Positions 1-13,304 of a DNA stretch of 64,000 nucleotides are shown piece by piece. The notes below the pieces were generated by a model. It saw only the letters and a program-made list of their open reading frames with translations, was not told where the DNA came from and searched no databases. Within the stretch, counting starts at the first letter, position 1; each line of letters opens with the position of its first letter. The stretch is from contig NW_026867377.1 of NCBI RefSeq assembly GCF_026571515.1, positions 248,001 to 312,000 on the forward strand, in the 5' to 3' direction. A program made the position numbers and the translations under genes. Source of the stretch: Ruditapes philippinarum (Eukaryota).

Positions 1-2677
1 TGTTCTAAGCCTCTTGATTCCATTACTTGAACGGATCCATCTCTTGACCAAAGTTATACATTTTATATTTTATGCATGACAGTTGTTCAATTTGAAGACA
101 ATAGCAGTGGCTTTGCGTATTCTTTGAAAGTTTACTAATGTAGATTTCTTAATTAATCAGATCAATAAGCATACCCTTTATTTCAAGGAAATGTCAACGT
201 AAGTTTTCTGTATTTTTCTTTTGTTTTGTTGTTCTCACAGCAGGTGATATACTCATTACAAATATTTCTCAAGAAGTATAATATATAATGTGCTCCTCTT
301 AGTTCACGGTGCTGTAACATTTAGGTATTCTTTTACTATATGACACAAGGAAACAACAATATATTCAATCAAAATTAGTTTCAATGGGCCAGATGTAGAC
401 CCTGTGTCGGCCATTTTAAAAACACAATGTCACCATTTTAATCGCGGTAAATGGTGTTACACTATAGTTTTTCATGTTTCAGTTAAAATTTCTACATTGT
501 ATACTGCTCAATTGTAAATATCAAAACTAGTTTTACTTTGTGACTCAAAATTTATTTTTTCAACAAAAAAGAACGTTTAGAAAATGATGACTGTTTCCAA
601 CATACGCAAACATTTTATGGACTATTGTAGCTTTTTGCAGAATTTGTAAAATGATGTTCCGTTTTACGTAAAAACCTAGAGATTTAAAAAAAATTGCACA
701 AAATCTATGTTGTTTAGGTGTATGAATAAATTATATCAATTCTGACAAATTTTAACACTGGTCACATGGAAATATGCCATTACCATGAACTAAGTGATGA
801 CACGGAATTAGTGATATTGAGTAAATAATATTTATGAATATTTTTCAGGAAATAAAGGCGTAAACTTTAATTAAGGTTTAAACATTTATATTCTATGGAC
901 ATTTCATGTTTATTATTCACTAGTTTAATGTTGATTATGATTGTTTTGAGTAACTGTGTAGAGCTTATTAATACATTATTTTTAAATCTTAGATTCTTTT
1001 ATGTAGTTATGTACAATATAAGTAGATAATGATTGTACTTTCATTTACATTGGCCTTTTAACTCCGTGAGATATAAGTTGTTTAGAAATATGTTTAGTTT
1101 TTAGTAGTATTTTGATTCTTTTTATTACTTTCTAGAATATATTTCAATTGCTATTGTTTATTGTAGAATGTTAAGTTTTTCTAATAAACTTTTTCATGAA
1201 TCATTATCTTTTTGTTAACAAAAGCATTTTTAAGTTAATTCTGTTTGGCTGTAATTTGCAGACCCATCAGATAAGTTGTTACATACAGTGCCACCTGTGT
1301 GTTGATGTTAGCTCATTTTGGGATTCAAAAGTTTTTTAACCAGGTATCTCAGGGAGTATTGATTATGTTGATAACTTTGAAGAAGTAACATTTCTAAAAG
1401 CTCTCTAAAGTGAATCAATTAATTATAATTATTAAGTAAACCATAAAGAACATCTAATTCCCTGAAACATATTTGATACATTTGTAAGTAATTTTGGTAA
1501 TTTCATTTTACAGATTAATACTTTTTCTTTGTTCTAAGTGGTAGCAATCTTGAATTTTTAAATTTTTATTCTTGTAACAGAGCTTGATGCTCGTACTATT
1601 TAATTTCTATAAGTTTAATAGCTCATAATCATTAGGGTTATTTTTCAAACCTATAGTTAATTATTACAATTTTGATACTTCTTTTCAACTCGTTAACATT
1701 CAACATTATTTATAATATAAGAACAGTTTATATTGAAGTACATAATGTAAACTTGTTTACCTTTAAGTAACTTTAAGGATATATTATGATCAAATTTGAT
1801 ATGTGAATAAAACTGATATTTACTTTAAAATCTATTTTTAAATGTGAAATAAACATCTTTTGACTACGTGCATACAGAGAAAATGTTACATTTTCAACTC
1901 TTCACAATACATTTAAACATAGTGTCATTAAAAAAACCTGTCAGTTTTTATAAAAAATGAATGAATTAAATTAACAATAGATAGGGATGCAGCTTACCAA
2001 ACATAGTTTACACATTCACTTATTCACATTAGACATATTTAGGAAGAATTTACTAGCTTTTAATATATTTCTCTACAATAAATGTGTTTTACCAAAATAC
2101 GAGCATAGTATATATTCAAGTTAAGTATAATTAAAAGTTAGTTTAATAAAGCCGTGGTTATTTTCATTTCATTTCATTTGAGTTGTGTTTTCTTTGAATT
2201 CAAAGGGCGGTGTCATCATGACGCTTAATTTTTCTTCCATAATAAAAAAACCTAAAGATTAGCTACAACTCCTGAGTAATCTATTTAAGAACATTACATG
2301 AATAAGTAATTAGGCTTACCTTTTTTAGAAACACTTATATTTTAACACCACAACAATGATGTCAGAAGTGGGGTTGTTTTGTATATATTATGAACTCTGT
2401 AAAATAATAAATTGTCTACAACTAAAATCTATAATATTCTGAAAAACTTAATATGGCAGCTATATTAAATTCGGACAACCCAGATCCCAGGTTTAAATGA
2501 AATGTCTTATATCAACCAACAAATATGGCAAGTTTCATGCTTTTCTCAAGAGGTTCATAATGCGCCCAATCTTATGCACGGTTTTGTTGGACACCCAGGA
2601 AAGTAACTTCAAATACACACAAACAGTTCAGATAATTCATGTGTAGAGATAAATAGCAACCAAACGTGTTGATTTAT

Positions 2678-3726
2678 TTTTTTATTTTTTTATTCACAAA
2701 TATTATATATAATTATACATATATACAATGACATAATATAACAAATTCAATTTGAGATATTCATATGTATTAGAGTAACAACGTACATAAACACACAAAG
2801 TGAAAAAAACTTGAATCTATCTAGAGGTTAGTATATATCTTTTAAAAGTTGGAGTATTTTGTCAAAAAAATTAACTTTTGTCTTCTTGTATTTATATTAT
2901 TGATACGTTATTTTGAATTCTGTTTTAAACAGTTTGGATATGTTAAATTCATTTGACCAATTATTACTACAAAAGTAAGCTTTATAAATACTAAAACCTA
3001 CAATGGTGAGTATAACATTTATGTAAAAGTATTCTTCTTGAGATATTTTATAACCGAAAATAAGGATGTCTAGTTTACGTATATTTCTTTGAATTCCGCA
3101 CTCTTGAAAAATATATATAATTTTCTCCCAAAATAATTAAGTGCCATACAATCGATAAAAAGATGTTGATAATCTTCTATTTTATTGCAATTATTACAGA
3201 GTGGAGACGAGACCATTTTCCATTTATAGCGCGTTTCTTTGCTTGTAAAGATCATGTTAATTACTCTAAATTTGAATTGTTTATACTGATTATCAGGAAT
3301 TCTTGTAATGAATTTATATATATCAATCCAGTTCAGTTTTCTCTCATATTTATTTGACCAATACGAATGTGTAGCGGGTTTAATGAATATTTTGTTTACT
3401 AATATTTGATATATTGTTTTTGAATCCATCAATTCAAAAGGTCTGTTATTTATCTTAAGACGTTTTTCTGTTTTTATTTTTGTTTGCGAAGAGTGAAACG
3501 TTTTCATAGTTTGTTTCCAGGCTAGGGGTATAGCCTTAAAGAGCAAGTTTAATTCAACGACGCAGTTGCGTTTATCTACTAGCTTATTTAAGATAACTTT
3601 TTTATCTATTTCACATTGATCATTAAGTAAATCATTTAAAAAATATGTATTCGATTTAATACATGTTTTAAAAAACAAACATTGGTTTTTAATTTTAATG
3701 AATCTATTGCCCCAGATTATTTGTTT
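2678..3726 (-). mobile_element. 5'-truncated L1/Tx1-clade LINE (ORF2 C-terminus with zf-RVT, short 3' UTR, A-rich tail), 14-bp TSD
   Basis: ORF 3070..3810 contains QIIWGN...KQFKFRVINMIF...SPLCNNCNKIEDYQHLFIDC (CCHC zf-RVT). It continues after a frameshift as ...DILIFGYKISQEEYFYINVILTIVGFSIYKAY. A-tail with AATAAA at ~2678-2692 (minus strand). Direct repeat ACGTGTTGATTTAT at 2664-2677 and 3727-3740. Confidence 0.9.
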
Positions 3727-6161
3727 ACGTGTTGATTTATAAAGTGCGCAGTCATAACCAACTAATGCGACTGAATTTTCAGCGTTCGACGGTTCAAACT
3801 TTCTAAACACACATTTTCGGCAATATAGTGTGTATAACCAGAACTATTGACCTGTATCTATAATACTAATTCTAAACATTTTATTTTAAATGGCACGACA
3901 ATTGCCAAGCAAATCTTTCTTCAAATTTCGTCTGTATATTGGCTTCAAATCGTGAAGAATGTAGAACATATTTTGAATATTGTCAAACCTAAAATAATCT
4001 TAGTACTATAGTCAGCTGCTAAATGAAACTGCTTTCCAGAACCCTTCAAACAAATGCTGGCACCAACACACACCTTCTGAAAGGATTCCCAGATCAGCAA
4101 ATGGCGTATGAATATCAATAAAAACCTCAAGAAGCATTTCAGAAGCAATATATATCATTTTTCATCATCAAGTAAGTAAAGACAGTTTTAGAAGAATAAA
4201 TCATGCTTTATCCTCAACATATGATAACCAACAATTTTCAATAAGAAAACAGCGCAAAAGATTTGTAACAGAAGACTGGTTTTCCAAATTTGCAAGCGAA
4301 CTTAATCTCTGCAGAAAAAAGATCCACTTAATATGACCATACTAACAGGAAGTAAAAAGATGTAAAAAGGGGTATCAGCCTAAAATAATTTAAACATTAA
4401 TTTGTCACTACTGTCATGAAGAGTCGATGCTCCAAAATGCCCAAAAAAGAATAATATCCGAAAAAAACAAAGCAAGAGAAAGTCATGGAAGAAAATTTTC
4501 AAACGCGAATAGACTGTGTCTGCTGGCCAAGAATTAGTCCAAACACTTACCAAAAAAAAACTTGAATAAAATGGCCAACAATGAACCGGGAGACAATCAA
4601 TGACATCGGACACAATGAAAGAAAATACGTTCTGTTCAAAAACAAATACTAATCATGAATCTGGAAGAAAAGACAAAGTTTTAAATTTCAATATTCACTT
4701 CACTACAACGAAAAATTAAGAACCAATGCTAATGAAAGCCAAACGACCACATTAATAACACATTACGACATAACCGATGAAAACAGCAGACTAAAAGATG
4801 TCATTTTTGATTGGACAGTCTGCATGATTATTATCTACGACAACACATCTGTAGTTATTCAATACCATACAATAACATATCAATAGACGATGACAAAGAT
4901 GCCAATACTAACACCAGACCACTAAAAGATGATGAAGCACTAACCAGAGAAAAACATAAACACAGGTGATGCCAAAATACCAATCATATGATCAATAACA
5001 ACGACAAGATGCTTGCGTGTATGCGAGAATTAGAATTAACAGATAGGACATGTCCTATCCTGTAAATCTGGTATTAAGGTGTACGAATGCAAGAAAAACA
5101 TATAATAGCCTTCACACATTAAGATTTACTTGTACATCTTAGTTTTAATTGGTGTTGTACTTCAAAATCCTACCGTCTGTAGAGGTCTTAAACAATCAGA
5201 AATATCATCCAGGGAATTATTATAATTACAAAATCTAGAAAATCGTTTTCCTAAAATGTCTGAGCAGGTTTTTTTCAGTTTCCAATATTGTCCTTCGAAG
5301 TATAACGGAAAAGTTACATTACTGTACAGCTGGATATTAACATAGAGTGAATTGGAATGAACATCAATACATTTTACATACTTCACTATAATTCTTATAA
5401 AAAAACTAATTCAATTATACTGTAATCACTAGACATCTTTTATTTTCTACAGCCTTTTTAACATTTGTACAATGATATCCGAACCCGGCTAAATGTAAGT
5501 GGTTGTGTTGGGGCTACTGTGAACGTCGCCTTGCCTTGTAGATCTTTGTTCTTATTTTTCAATATACTAGTAAGCAACGTTTATTCAACTGAGTATTGAT
5601 GTACAAATGATTATAGGATTCTCGCTAATACTGATTGTGATGTCGAAATTGTTGTACATTTAACATTATCTACAGGAAACATAGCACTATACTTAAAACA
5701 ATATCAATATGAACAATTATATTAAATGCCCATTAAGCCTCATAATGCAAACATTTTTATCTTTCAAAAGCTTTTTTCATTTTGATGTCCGGTTCGACTC
5801 CAAAAATGTTATTATACTTCGTTATATAGCTGAATCAATTTTGTTTCTTTTGCGTTTTGGCAAAAGGTACACTTATAGTGATTTAGCATTTTTGTATCGT
5901 ATTAAAAAACCAATCTTTTTATATTTTGCTACCCTTTCCACTTATAATGTCAAACTCAGTGCTATCGTTATTAGACGAGAAGTACATAACATGTGTTAAA
6001 TTATTTGTTGAAATATTATTTAGCATATGTTTGCTATTTCTATATATATGTATGGTTTAATGTGACTTTAAGAGTAACAAAATATTCATATAAAAATAAA
6101 CTATCATATGCATTTCATCGTGTTCCTTCTCCTCTTGTAGTGAACATTCCACCTTACTTTG

Positions 6162-7265
6162 TCAACATATAACACGCCTAAATGCTTCGACGTTGATTAC
6201 GTATATGAATGGGTTGAACAGAGAATTCAGAAAAGGGCCCATTAAAATCATGTCCGACGCAAATTGTGTTGTTATTCCAAGAGAAATGTTGACAACGATA
6301 AGCGCAATCGATGTCCAAATACAAATATTTGAACAAAGGAGTATATACATGTATGTTTTAACCGCCTTTCGAATCATTTTATCTCGTTTTGTGTCCGTGG
6401 TTTTCATTTCTTGTTTGTTGTTTCTTGTAGATGTCTTTACCGTGGTAGAGATATCAAAAGATGTCATGTTTTTCTCAGGGAACTGTTTCTTGCCAAGTTC
6501 CTCCGTCACAGACGTGATACTGCTTTGTTGCATTTGATCAGATTTATTTATACGATTAGTATTTTGCTGCTCAGATTTGGTTTTTAAAGCAGGATTTGAT
6601 GTGCATTTTGGACGAGGCAGTCGAGTTTGCATCAGTATCCTTATACAAAGGCCACACAAAAGATTTGCAAGGAGAAGCATGATGACAAATATTGAACTTC
6701 CAATAATTCCAATTTTGTTTCTGTTGTCTCCAAATGCAAAAACAGAGGTACATCTGCCTGTTAAGGTTCTTTCTCCCTCTGGTATGAAGTGAATCGCCAT
6801 TCCAATATATGCAATGATAATTAAAATAGTTGTCAACCGTATACCGTTTAAATATCGCTGTTTCCAAGAAATTGTCATTGAATTTATATTTCGTAAGGTT
6901 ACATACCTTTGCAAAGCCAAACCAATCATATTAGACTGTGATACAATCTGAACGATTGGTAGAAGTATGACGTAAGCAATGCATACATCTTTTCTGACTT
7001 TGAATGATTCAAAAAATGGGAATCTGTATAAGAGCAAGGCAAGTCCTGCAATGACGTCACACAAGCAAAGCGTTGATAATTGAAATGCAAGCTTTTTCAG
7101 TTTTTCATCTTTGCGGTGAATGATCAACAAAGAAAGTACTGCTCCATTTAAAATGATTATAAGCGTAGAAACAACGAACATCAAATAATAGGATTCTTTT
7201 GTTTCCGAATCTTCGTCATTTGAATTGTCTATTGAGTAATTACCATTGTAACTTTCGTTATCCAT
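6162..7265 (-). CDS. Intronless rhodopsin-family (class A) orphan GPCR, 367 aa
   Basis: Seven hydrophobic segments. TM1 N (ILNGAV), TM2 D (LCLCDVIAG), TM3 Cys and ECL2 Cys, LALQRY at the DRY position, long ICL3, TM7 NSLFNPFIY. N-terminal N-glycosylation sequons (NES, NYS). Confidence 0.88.
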   Translation of the reverse strand: MDNESYNGNYSIDNSNDEDSETKESYYLMFVVSTLIIILNGAVLSLLIIHRKDEKLKKLAFQLSTLCLCDVIAGLALLLYRFPFFESFKVRKDVCIAYVILLPIVQIVSQSNMIGLALQRYVTLRNINSMTISWKQRYLNGIRLTTILIIIAYIGMAIHFIPEGERTLTGRCTSVFAFGDNRNKIGIIGSSIFVIMLLLANLLCGLCIRILMQTRLPRPKCTSNPALKTKSEQQNTNRINKSDQMQQSSITSVTEELGKKQFPEKNMTSFDISTTVKTSTRNNKQEMKTTDTKRDKMIRKAVKTYMYILLCSNICIWTSIALIVVNISLGITTQFASDMILMGPFLNSLFNPFIYVINVEAFRRVIC

Positions 7266-8528
7266 TTTTTTCTATCTAAAGTCACAATCAAAATCAATGT
7301 GTGTAATATTTATCCATATGCACATCTTAGCGAAATTTTTAAAAATTTGCGATTTAATTTTTGAAACGCAAGTCATATGTTTTCAATATACAATGCTTGT
7401 ACTATTTTTTGTAAGACGTCTAGATCTAGAACTGACGAAAACAACACATGCACACATCTCATTTATACAAAAGTTTGTTATTATCATAGATATAACAAAT
7501 CTAATTTTTATTTGATCAGCTTCATTTTCGACTAATTTTGTTAGCTGAACACACATGTGAATAAAAAATTAGATTTATCTTAGATTAATTGTCTTAATTT
7601 GACGTTCCTTATTGTATGTTAATGTCAGTACACGTTGTTTATAAACTCAGATCGCGCCCAGTTTTAAGCCAATAACTATTATTTTTCTAATTATCACAGC
7701 TACTGATATAAGAAAAAAGGCGAAACACAGTTGAATTCCACAAAATTTGAAATCTTGTTATCCCCTTTGTTGTGAAATTTTCATATTGATACGAACAAAT
7801 CCTGCAGAAACATGGTTTTTATTTCTTCAACGAAATAAATAGTAAAACTTCATAATTAAGTGTGTCCCTAATTAAGATTTCCTTTAAAACAATAGCAGAT
7901 GTTGTATGAAAATACATTCTTAAAACAAATATCTGATGATAAAAAATCGGTGTTCTCATTGCAAACCTTCTATCCAAATTTATGAGGTGAGTAAATAAAA
8001 TTGTGATTTTTGTGATGAATACTCTTGGTAATGGTGTTATAACTCATAAAAACGTCTTTGTTCATCCCTCAAATAAGTAAAATCTCCTGTAATATCATTT
8101 TTTCCCATTCTATTCCTATTTAATGATCTTCAAGAAGTCATCATCTGTAAAGGTTCTGCTGATAATGACAGTTTTTTGTGTGTGTGTTTTTTTTTTACAT
8201 TTTTTGACGTTCTTTCTTATTATTTCATATAACACCTTGTTAATTATTGTTTGTCATTTTTTGGTCATTTTCTTAGAAAAGTAAGACCATTCTTGAATAT
8301 TATTTATAAGATTAAATAACAGTATAAACAGGTGATTTTAGTATCAAATTTTTCTTTCTAATTATTTTAAATATATAACACGGACGTCGGAAACATAATT
8401 ATACGTTTTAGTATTCATATTGCGTCGATTTGCCAAACAGGACTCTTACTTTCACGATATAGACATATAACGATCTGGTAAAAACAAATACTCGTATGAG
8501 TGTGAGTATACGTTTCACGCGAGTCCAC

Positions 8529-8580
8529 GTGTATGTATGTCGGTCTGTGTGCGCGCGCGTGCGTGCGCATGTGCGTGCGT
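8529..8580. repeat. Degenerate GT/GC microsatellite
   Basis: gtgtatgtatgt...gtgtgcgcgcgcgtgcgtgcgcatgtgcgtgcgt. Confidence 0.6.
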
Positions 8581-9939
8581 TTGTAAAATGCTTACTATGC
8601 ATTTATTAAAAACCTCTTTATGTAATGGTCATCTTGCGTATGGTCACGTAATCAAAAGGTAAAGTCGATAAAAATGTGATTATGGTAAAAACTTAAATGT
8701 AGGAACTTAAAATGATTTATATTTAAAATAATATAATCGTACAGAATTATTAAAATCATTGCTTTCACGAGAATAAAGTTGAAAATGGGTCATTGTACCT
8801 ATCAATATCGACGAAACACAAAGTCTTCTCCAAACGGTAGTCAGATTGTCATTCTCACAAATGATGTTAAAAAGTAAACACATTCCTTGAAAAATTTGTA
8901 ATGCTGATTAAAGTATAACGCCATAGCAGCAGTATGCGTTAATTCATTTCTTTTAAATTGATTAACTAATAAAACATAAAACATATTGATACCTACGGTT
9001 ATGTATAATCCAGAAAGTACTTAAATAACGATAAGTTTGCTGTGTATGGAGCGAGTGGTAAAACAAAATATTTAATTAATTAATACAAATATGGTGCTTT
9101 CAAGACTTTTTTCTAACTGCTCAGCCGTGATAAAACATAAAATAATATGCAGAACAGATGGAAATTTGGAATCTCAAACCTATAAAATGTTTTCTTTTTA
9201 ACATCATTTATCAGTATGTACTTCAGGGAGACCACTCATGCCAGTTTTAAGTAAAATAATGAATGAAGTTATCTTCCGTATTTTTCAGAAATCGTCATAA
9301 TTTGGTGAAAGTCAGTATACGGACCAAAATTTATCTATACAACAAATTACATTACAGATATTATTACGACAGAACACATTTGGTAGTCGAGTTCTCGGCA
9401 AGGCACATGTGTTTGTAATATGTATTGGTTCAATGCAACATGTTCACGTTATTTTTCTCCACCACTTACTTAATGCATAGCCATCATATCCATCTGATTA
9501 TTACCTTTTTCACCTCGTCTCAATACTATCTTAATGATTCTATAACTGGCAATGGTGATAAATTAAGAGCGCTCAAGACGGTGCTGGGGAAGGGTACGCA
9601 CTGGAGATGTTGCATATTTCGCTGTTTCTATATGAACTGACATTCCACAATTTTAAACCCAGAGTAGCAAGTTCAGCTTCCCATATATGTAACATTGATT
9701 AACGCATCTAAAACAATGTACATGTAAATATACATGTATGATTCTTGTCCAACATCACTCCAACAATATCATATGGTTCTTTGTTACTAATAATTACAGT
9801 AAGCTTCTAGATGATCCCGAGCGGAATTCAAATACTGACAGAGACTGGAGAGCCTATAATTATAGAGTTAGCTTGTGGCAGGTGAATTGGAACACCGTTT
9901 TCATTTCACTCTTTTCTTATATCTTATTTCCTGTCTCGG

Positions 9940-12900
9940 CTACATTGCATATCCTCTGACAACTTGTTTCCGTTTAGGGGCGTGGAAAGCCAAGGCTGAA
10001 CATACAAAGGTAACGCCTACAGCTGCACACGTCATGTAGAAACACCAAGATAATGAACAGTCACCTGAAATTAAGCACACACGCAATCAAATGAACGATA
10101 GACAAGTCAAATATGGTTTGACTATCTAGATGCAAACTATATGAATTTGAAATATCCCTAATCGATTTATATAAAATTTTGATATGATTTTGTAATAGGA
10201 ACGAGTGTGCTCTGGAGAACAAGCAAGAACAACATGACATCTTAGAAGTTGACTGGGTAGGTCTTTATAGTTACAATCAATAAAAAACAATCAATATTTT
10301 AATCGGTTCAGGCTGTAACCATTTCACTGTAATACATGTATCTTATTGAAGCTCATTACCAGTTTGCTCATTTCAAAAACGTAAAAATCGAAGTGAAATT
10401 ATATCTATTTTTACACGTCATTTTGTTTTTAAAACGACATTTTAATTTCAAAGTTTAACAAAAAGAGGATTATATAAATACAAGTTATACAAATGATCAT
10501 TTGGCATGAATAACAATTTCGGTAAATTAAAAAGTATTGTCCGTGTATTACCTAAATGGTAAGAATTGGACGTATTTCCACAAGCTTGCTGTACCTCCGG
10601 ACTTCCGAAACCATTTGGATAGATACCCACTCCCGCTGTGAGTAATAAACCTAAGTAAACAGCACAGAAAAGAAATGTATAAAAACGTGATTGCGTTTTA
10701 TGTTATTGTGCGTTGCTGTACTTTTAATTTATTGAGACGTTGTTGTACTTGAGTTTATCTTTTTAACTTAAATGCCTTTACGGACAATTCATTCTTTCAA
10801 CTTGAAATGTCAAATCGTAAAATTGCTCATGATATACCTACCTACATTTATGATATATATTCTTATTTGTAATAATTTCGTTACGCTCTTTATGACAAAT
10901 TGTATCATCATTTTATAATGTATCTATTATCAACAATCCTAACAACAGTTGCTGACAATTTCATTGTTATTTACGCAAGCTTTTTGTCGAGCTTTTCGCT
11001 GCCGTTATTGTTGAAATTCCTGTAATTACTATTTTGCTATAACATCACTTTTACTCTTTCACAAGTATCTTTTAGCAATGTACTATCATCGCATATATAC
11101 TGGTAAAGATCAATTTTTATCACATAATGTTTTAGATTATATAAAATGACAAGAGGTTTCTTCTGTATGATAATTAGTTACTCTTGTTTTTGATAATTCT
11201 TATTATATAATGGAATAACAGTGTAAGTGTTTTTATTGCTTTGTTTGCATGTATTATGTGTGAACATCGGTGGGACATAAAGAATCATTAATTCAATGAT
11301 TTATACAATGATATTGCTTTAATACAAAAGTAAACAATTATTCCCAGTTATTCGTGTTTTTTCTTTCTTTTAACGATGCAGATAATTTGATACCAAATAT
11401 AGAATGAATAGAAAATTATTCTCAAATATGTAACCCAATCATGTCTTTGTTTTCTGCTTCTTTGTCATATTTGTTTCCATGGTAATATTTTAATTAGTAT
11501 TCATAGATCATTGAAAACGACAACAGACGGGTGGTTATTAGAATAACAATATAACAGAAGTCGGAAGAAATAAAAATGAAAATTCAAGAAATCCGAATAA
11601 TAAAAAGCAAAAAAGGGTATAACAATATCCAACTCATGCTAACGTCTTTATCCGAAAAATATTCTGGGAAAAAAATATAAAAGAAATTTGATAACGAGAA
11701 ATTGTGGTGGCAATCCATAATGTGAATGGAAACGTTAATAATTTTTGCATATAAAGACAAGCGTTGTTAAAACATGATTCTAGCAATTTTTAACATTGCC
11801 TTATGGATGTTTATTCATCAAGGAGGTGTAGAAATCGCATTTCATGCACGCTTTAAACTATTTTTAGCAAGTCATTTCCAGATCTTAGAACGCCGCGTTA
11901 GGCTACAGAAAATATTACTTTTTTGGGTCATTCAATTTGAATATTTTTCGGTTAGTACAGAATCGCGTACTTGGTTTTAGTATAAAATCTCAAATGACTC
12001 TTTGTAAAAAATAATCTCTGTAGACACAATATACGCTTTTCTAAACTGCAAAGAGGTCCTCTTAATTTAATGAAATCTTAGCATGTCTATTAAACATAAT
12101 TATAAAAAGATATCAGTCCGCAAAAAAATATCAGTATATAATGCCTAAGTTCTATATAATAGGAACGGAATCTGTTTGATATTAGAGTATGCAAAACAGT
12201 TATATTCGATTTTTTATTAAATATTATTTATCTAAACTGCTATTGAATAAATATCTAAAACAAATTACATCTTGTATCTTATATCTCATACACAAGAATG
12301 TTATATTGGAATATAAATTAGATGTAAGCTAAGGTTTATATCATGATCAGTTATACGTAAAATCTAGAAATTTGTCAGTCTAAACTTCTCCGCCAGATGA
12401 TTCTCATGTTTATTACATTACAAATTTTGATATTTACTGCAGTAAACTCCTATTCTTAATAAGATCCACGAGAGTTTAGTAAATTACAAACAATGTATAT
12501 AAAAGATAACATAAAAATTGTGATAAATAACGATTTATGGCAGATAAACGAGATAAATTAGTCGCAGACGAAAAATAAAATCCTACTTAAGATAAAGTTT
12601 GTAGCGGTAGCATAACAACGGTTAGTGTAACCTGGTAGCTAAATGTCAGAGTGCGTGTAATCAAGCAGCAAATGTTGTTGACATTTTGACAGATGTCAGA
12701 TAAAAAGTCATTTAGTATAGAAACATAAGTGGAAAGGTTAAGTAGATATACTTTAAAAATGAATGCTACACAATACATGTATGTTTTCCCTGTTGGTTGA
12801 AATTCATAAAAGATTTGTTACTAGTTAAAATCAAACATGAAATGAAAGCTTAGTTTAATGATTATTATATCTGGAAACTTAGCAGATGGGATTTATACCT

Positions 12901-13304
12901 GAACACAACTGAAGTATTCCAGCCGTCCGTGCTACCGTCGGGATGACAACATCCTTGACACAAACACCAAACATAGCAGTTAGTGAGACAAGAAGGCATA
13001 AACAACACGCTAGTCCAATTACAAGAGTGGCTATCTGCCACGACGTGCTTGGTATGTCCGTGAAAGTCTTGTATCGTCCACATTCATGAACTATTTCAAG
13101 TTGTCCATTGTCATTTATTGCCGGGTAGTTACACCGACGAAATATTCCAAAACTTACAGGAACCGTTCGTCCTGTTTTTCCATTTTGCTGAATAAACATT
13201 TGTCCAGTTATCCAGTATGGCATAAAATACCCGACACACAAAGTCACAGACGAAATGAAGGACGAAAATGCCCAAAACACTCCGATTCCAGAAAGCCCGG
13301 ACAT
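9940..13304 (-). CDS. LHFPL6: LHFPL6/LHFP-like tetraspan protein, copy A; exons 13304-12899, 10650-10552, 10064-9940; 209 aa
   Basis: Exon 1 MSGLSGIGVFWAFSS...CVGYFMPYW...SFGIFRRCNYP...ECGRY.TF.DIPS..WQ matches the LHFP family. Exon 2 GLLLTAGVGIYPNGFGSPEVQQACGNTSNSYHLG. Exon 3 DCSLSWCFYMTCAAVGVTFVCSALAFHAPKRKQVVRGYAM*. GT-AG phase-1 introns; 406/99/125 nt splice in frame. Confidence 0.93.

Noticed and set aside
380-2600. Possible large non-autonomous DNA transposon
   Set aside because: The ends look TE-like but no matching TIR pair or TSD could be established.
3920-5020. A-rich stretch resembling a decayed retroelement ORF
   Set aside because: No continuous frame or diagnostic motif; family cannot be supported.
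5042-5059. 18-bp perfect palindrome GATAGGACATGTCCTATC
   Set aside because: Isolated, with no TSD or context to suggest a function.
6193-6867. ORFs overlapping the GPCR, LINE and LHFPL6 exons in other frames or strands
   Set aside because: Shadow ORFs of real coding sequence.
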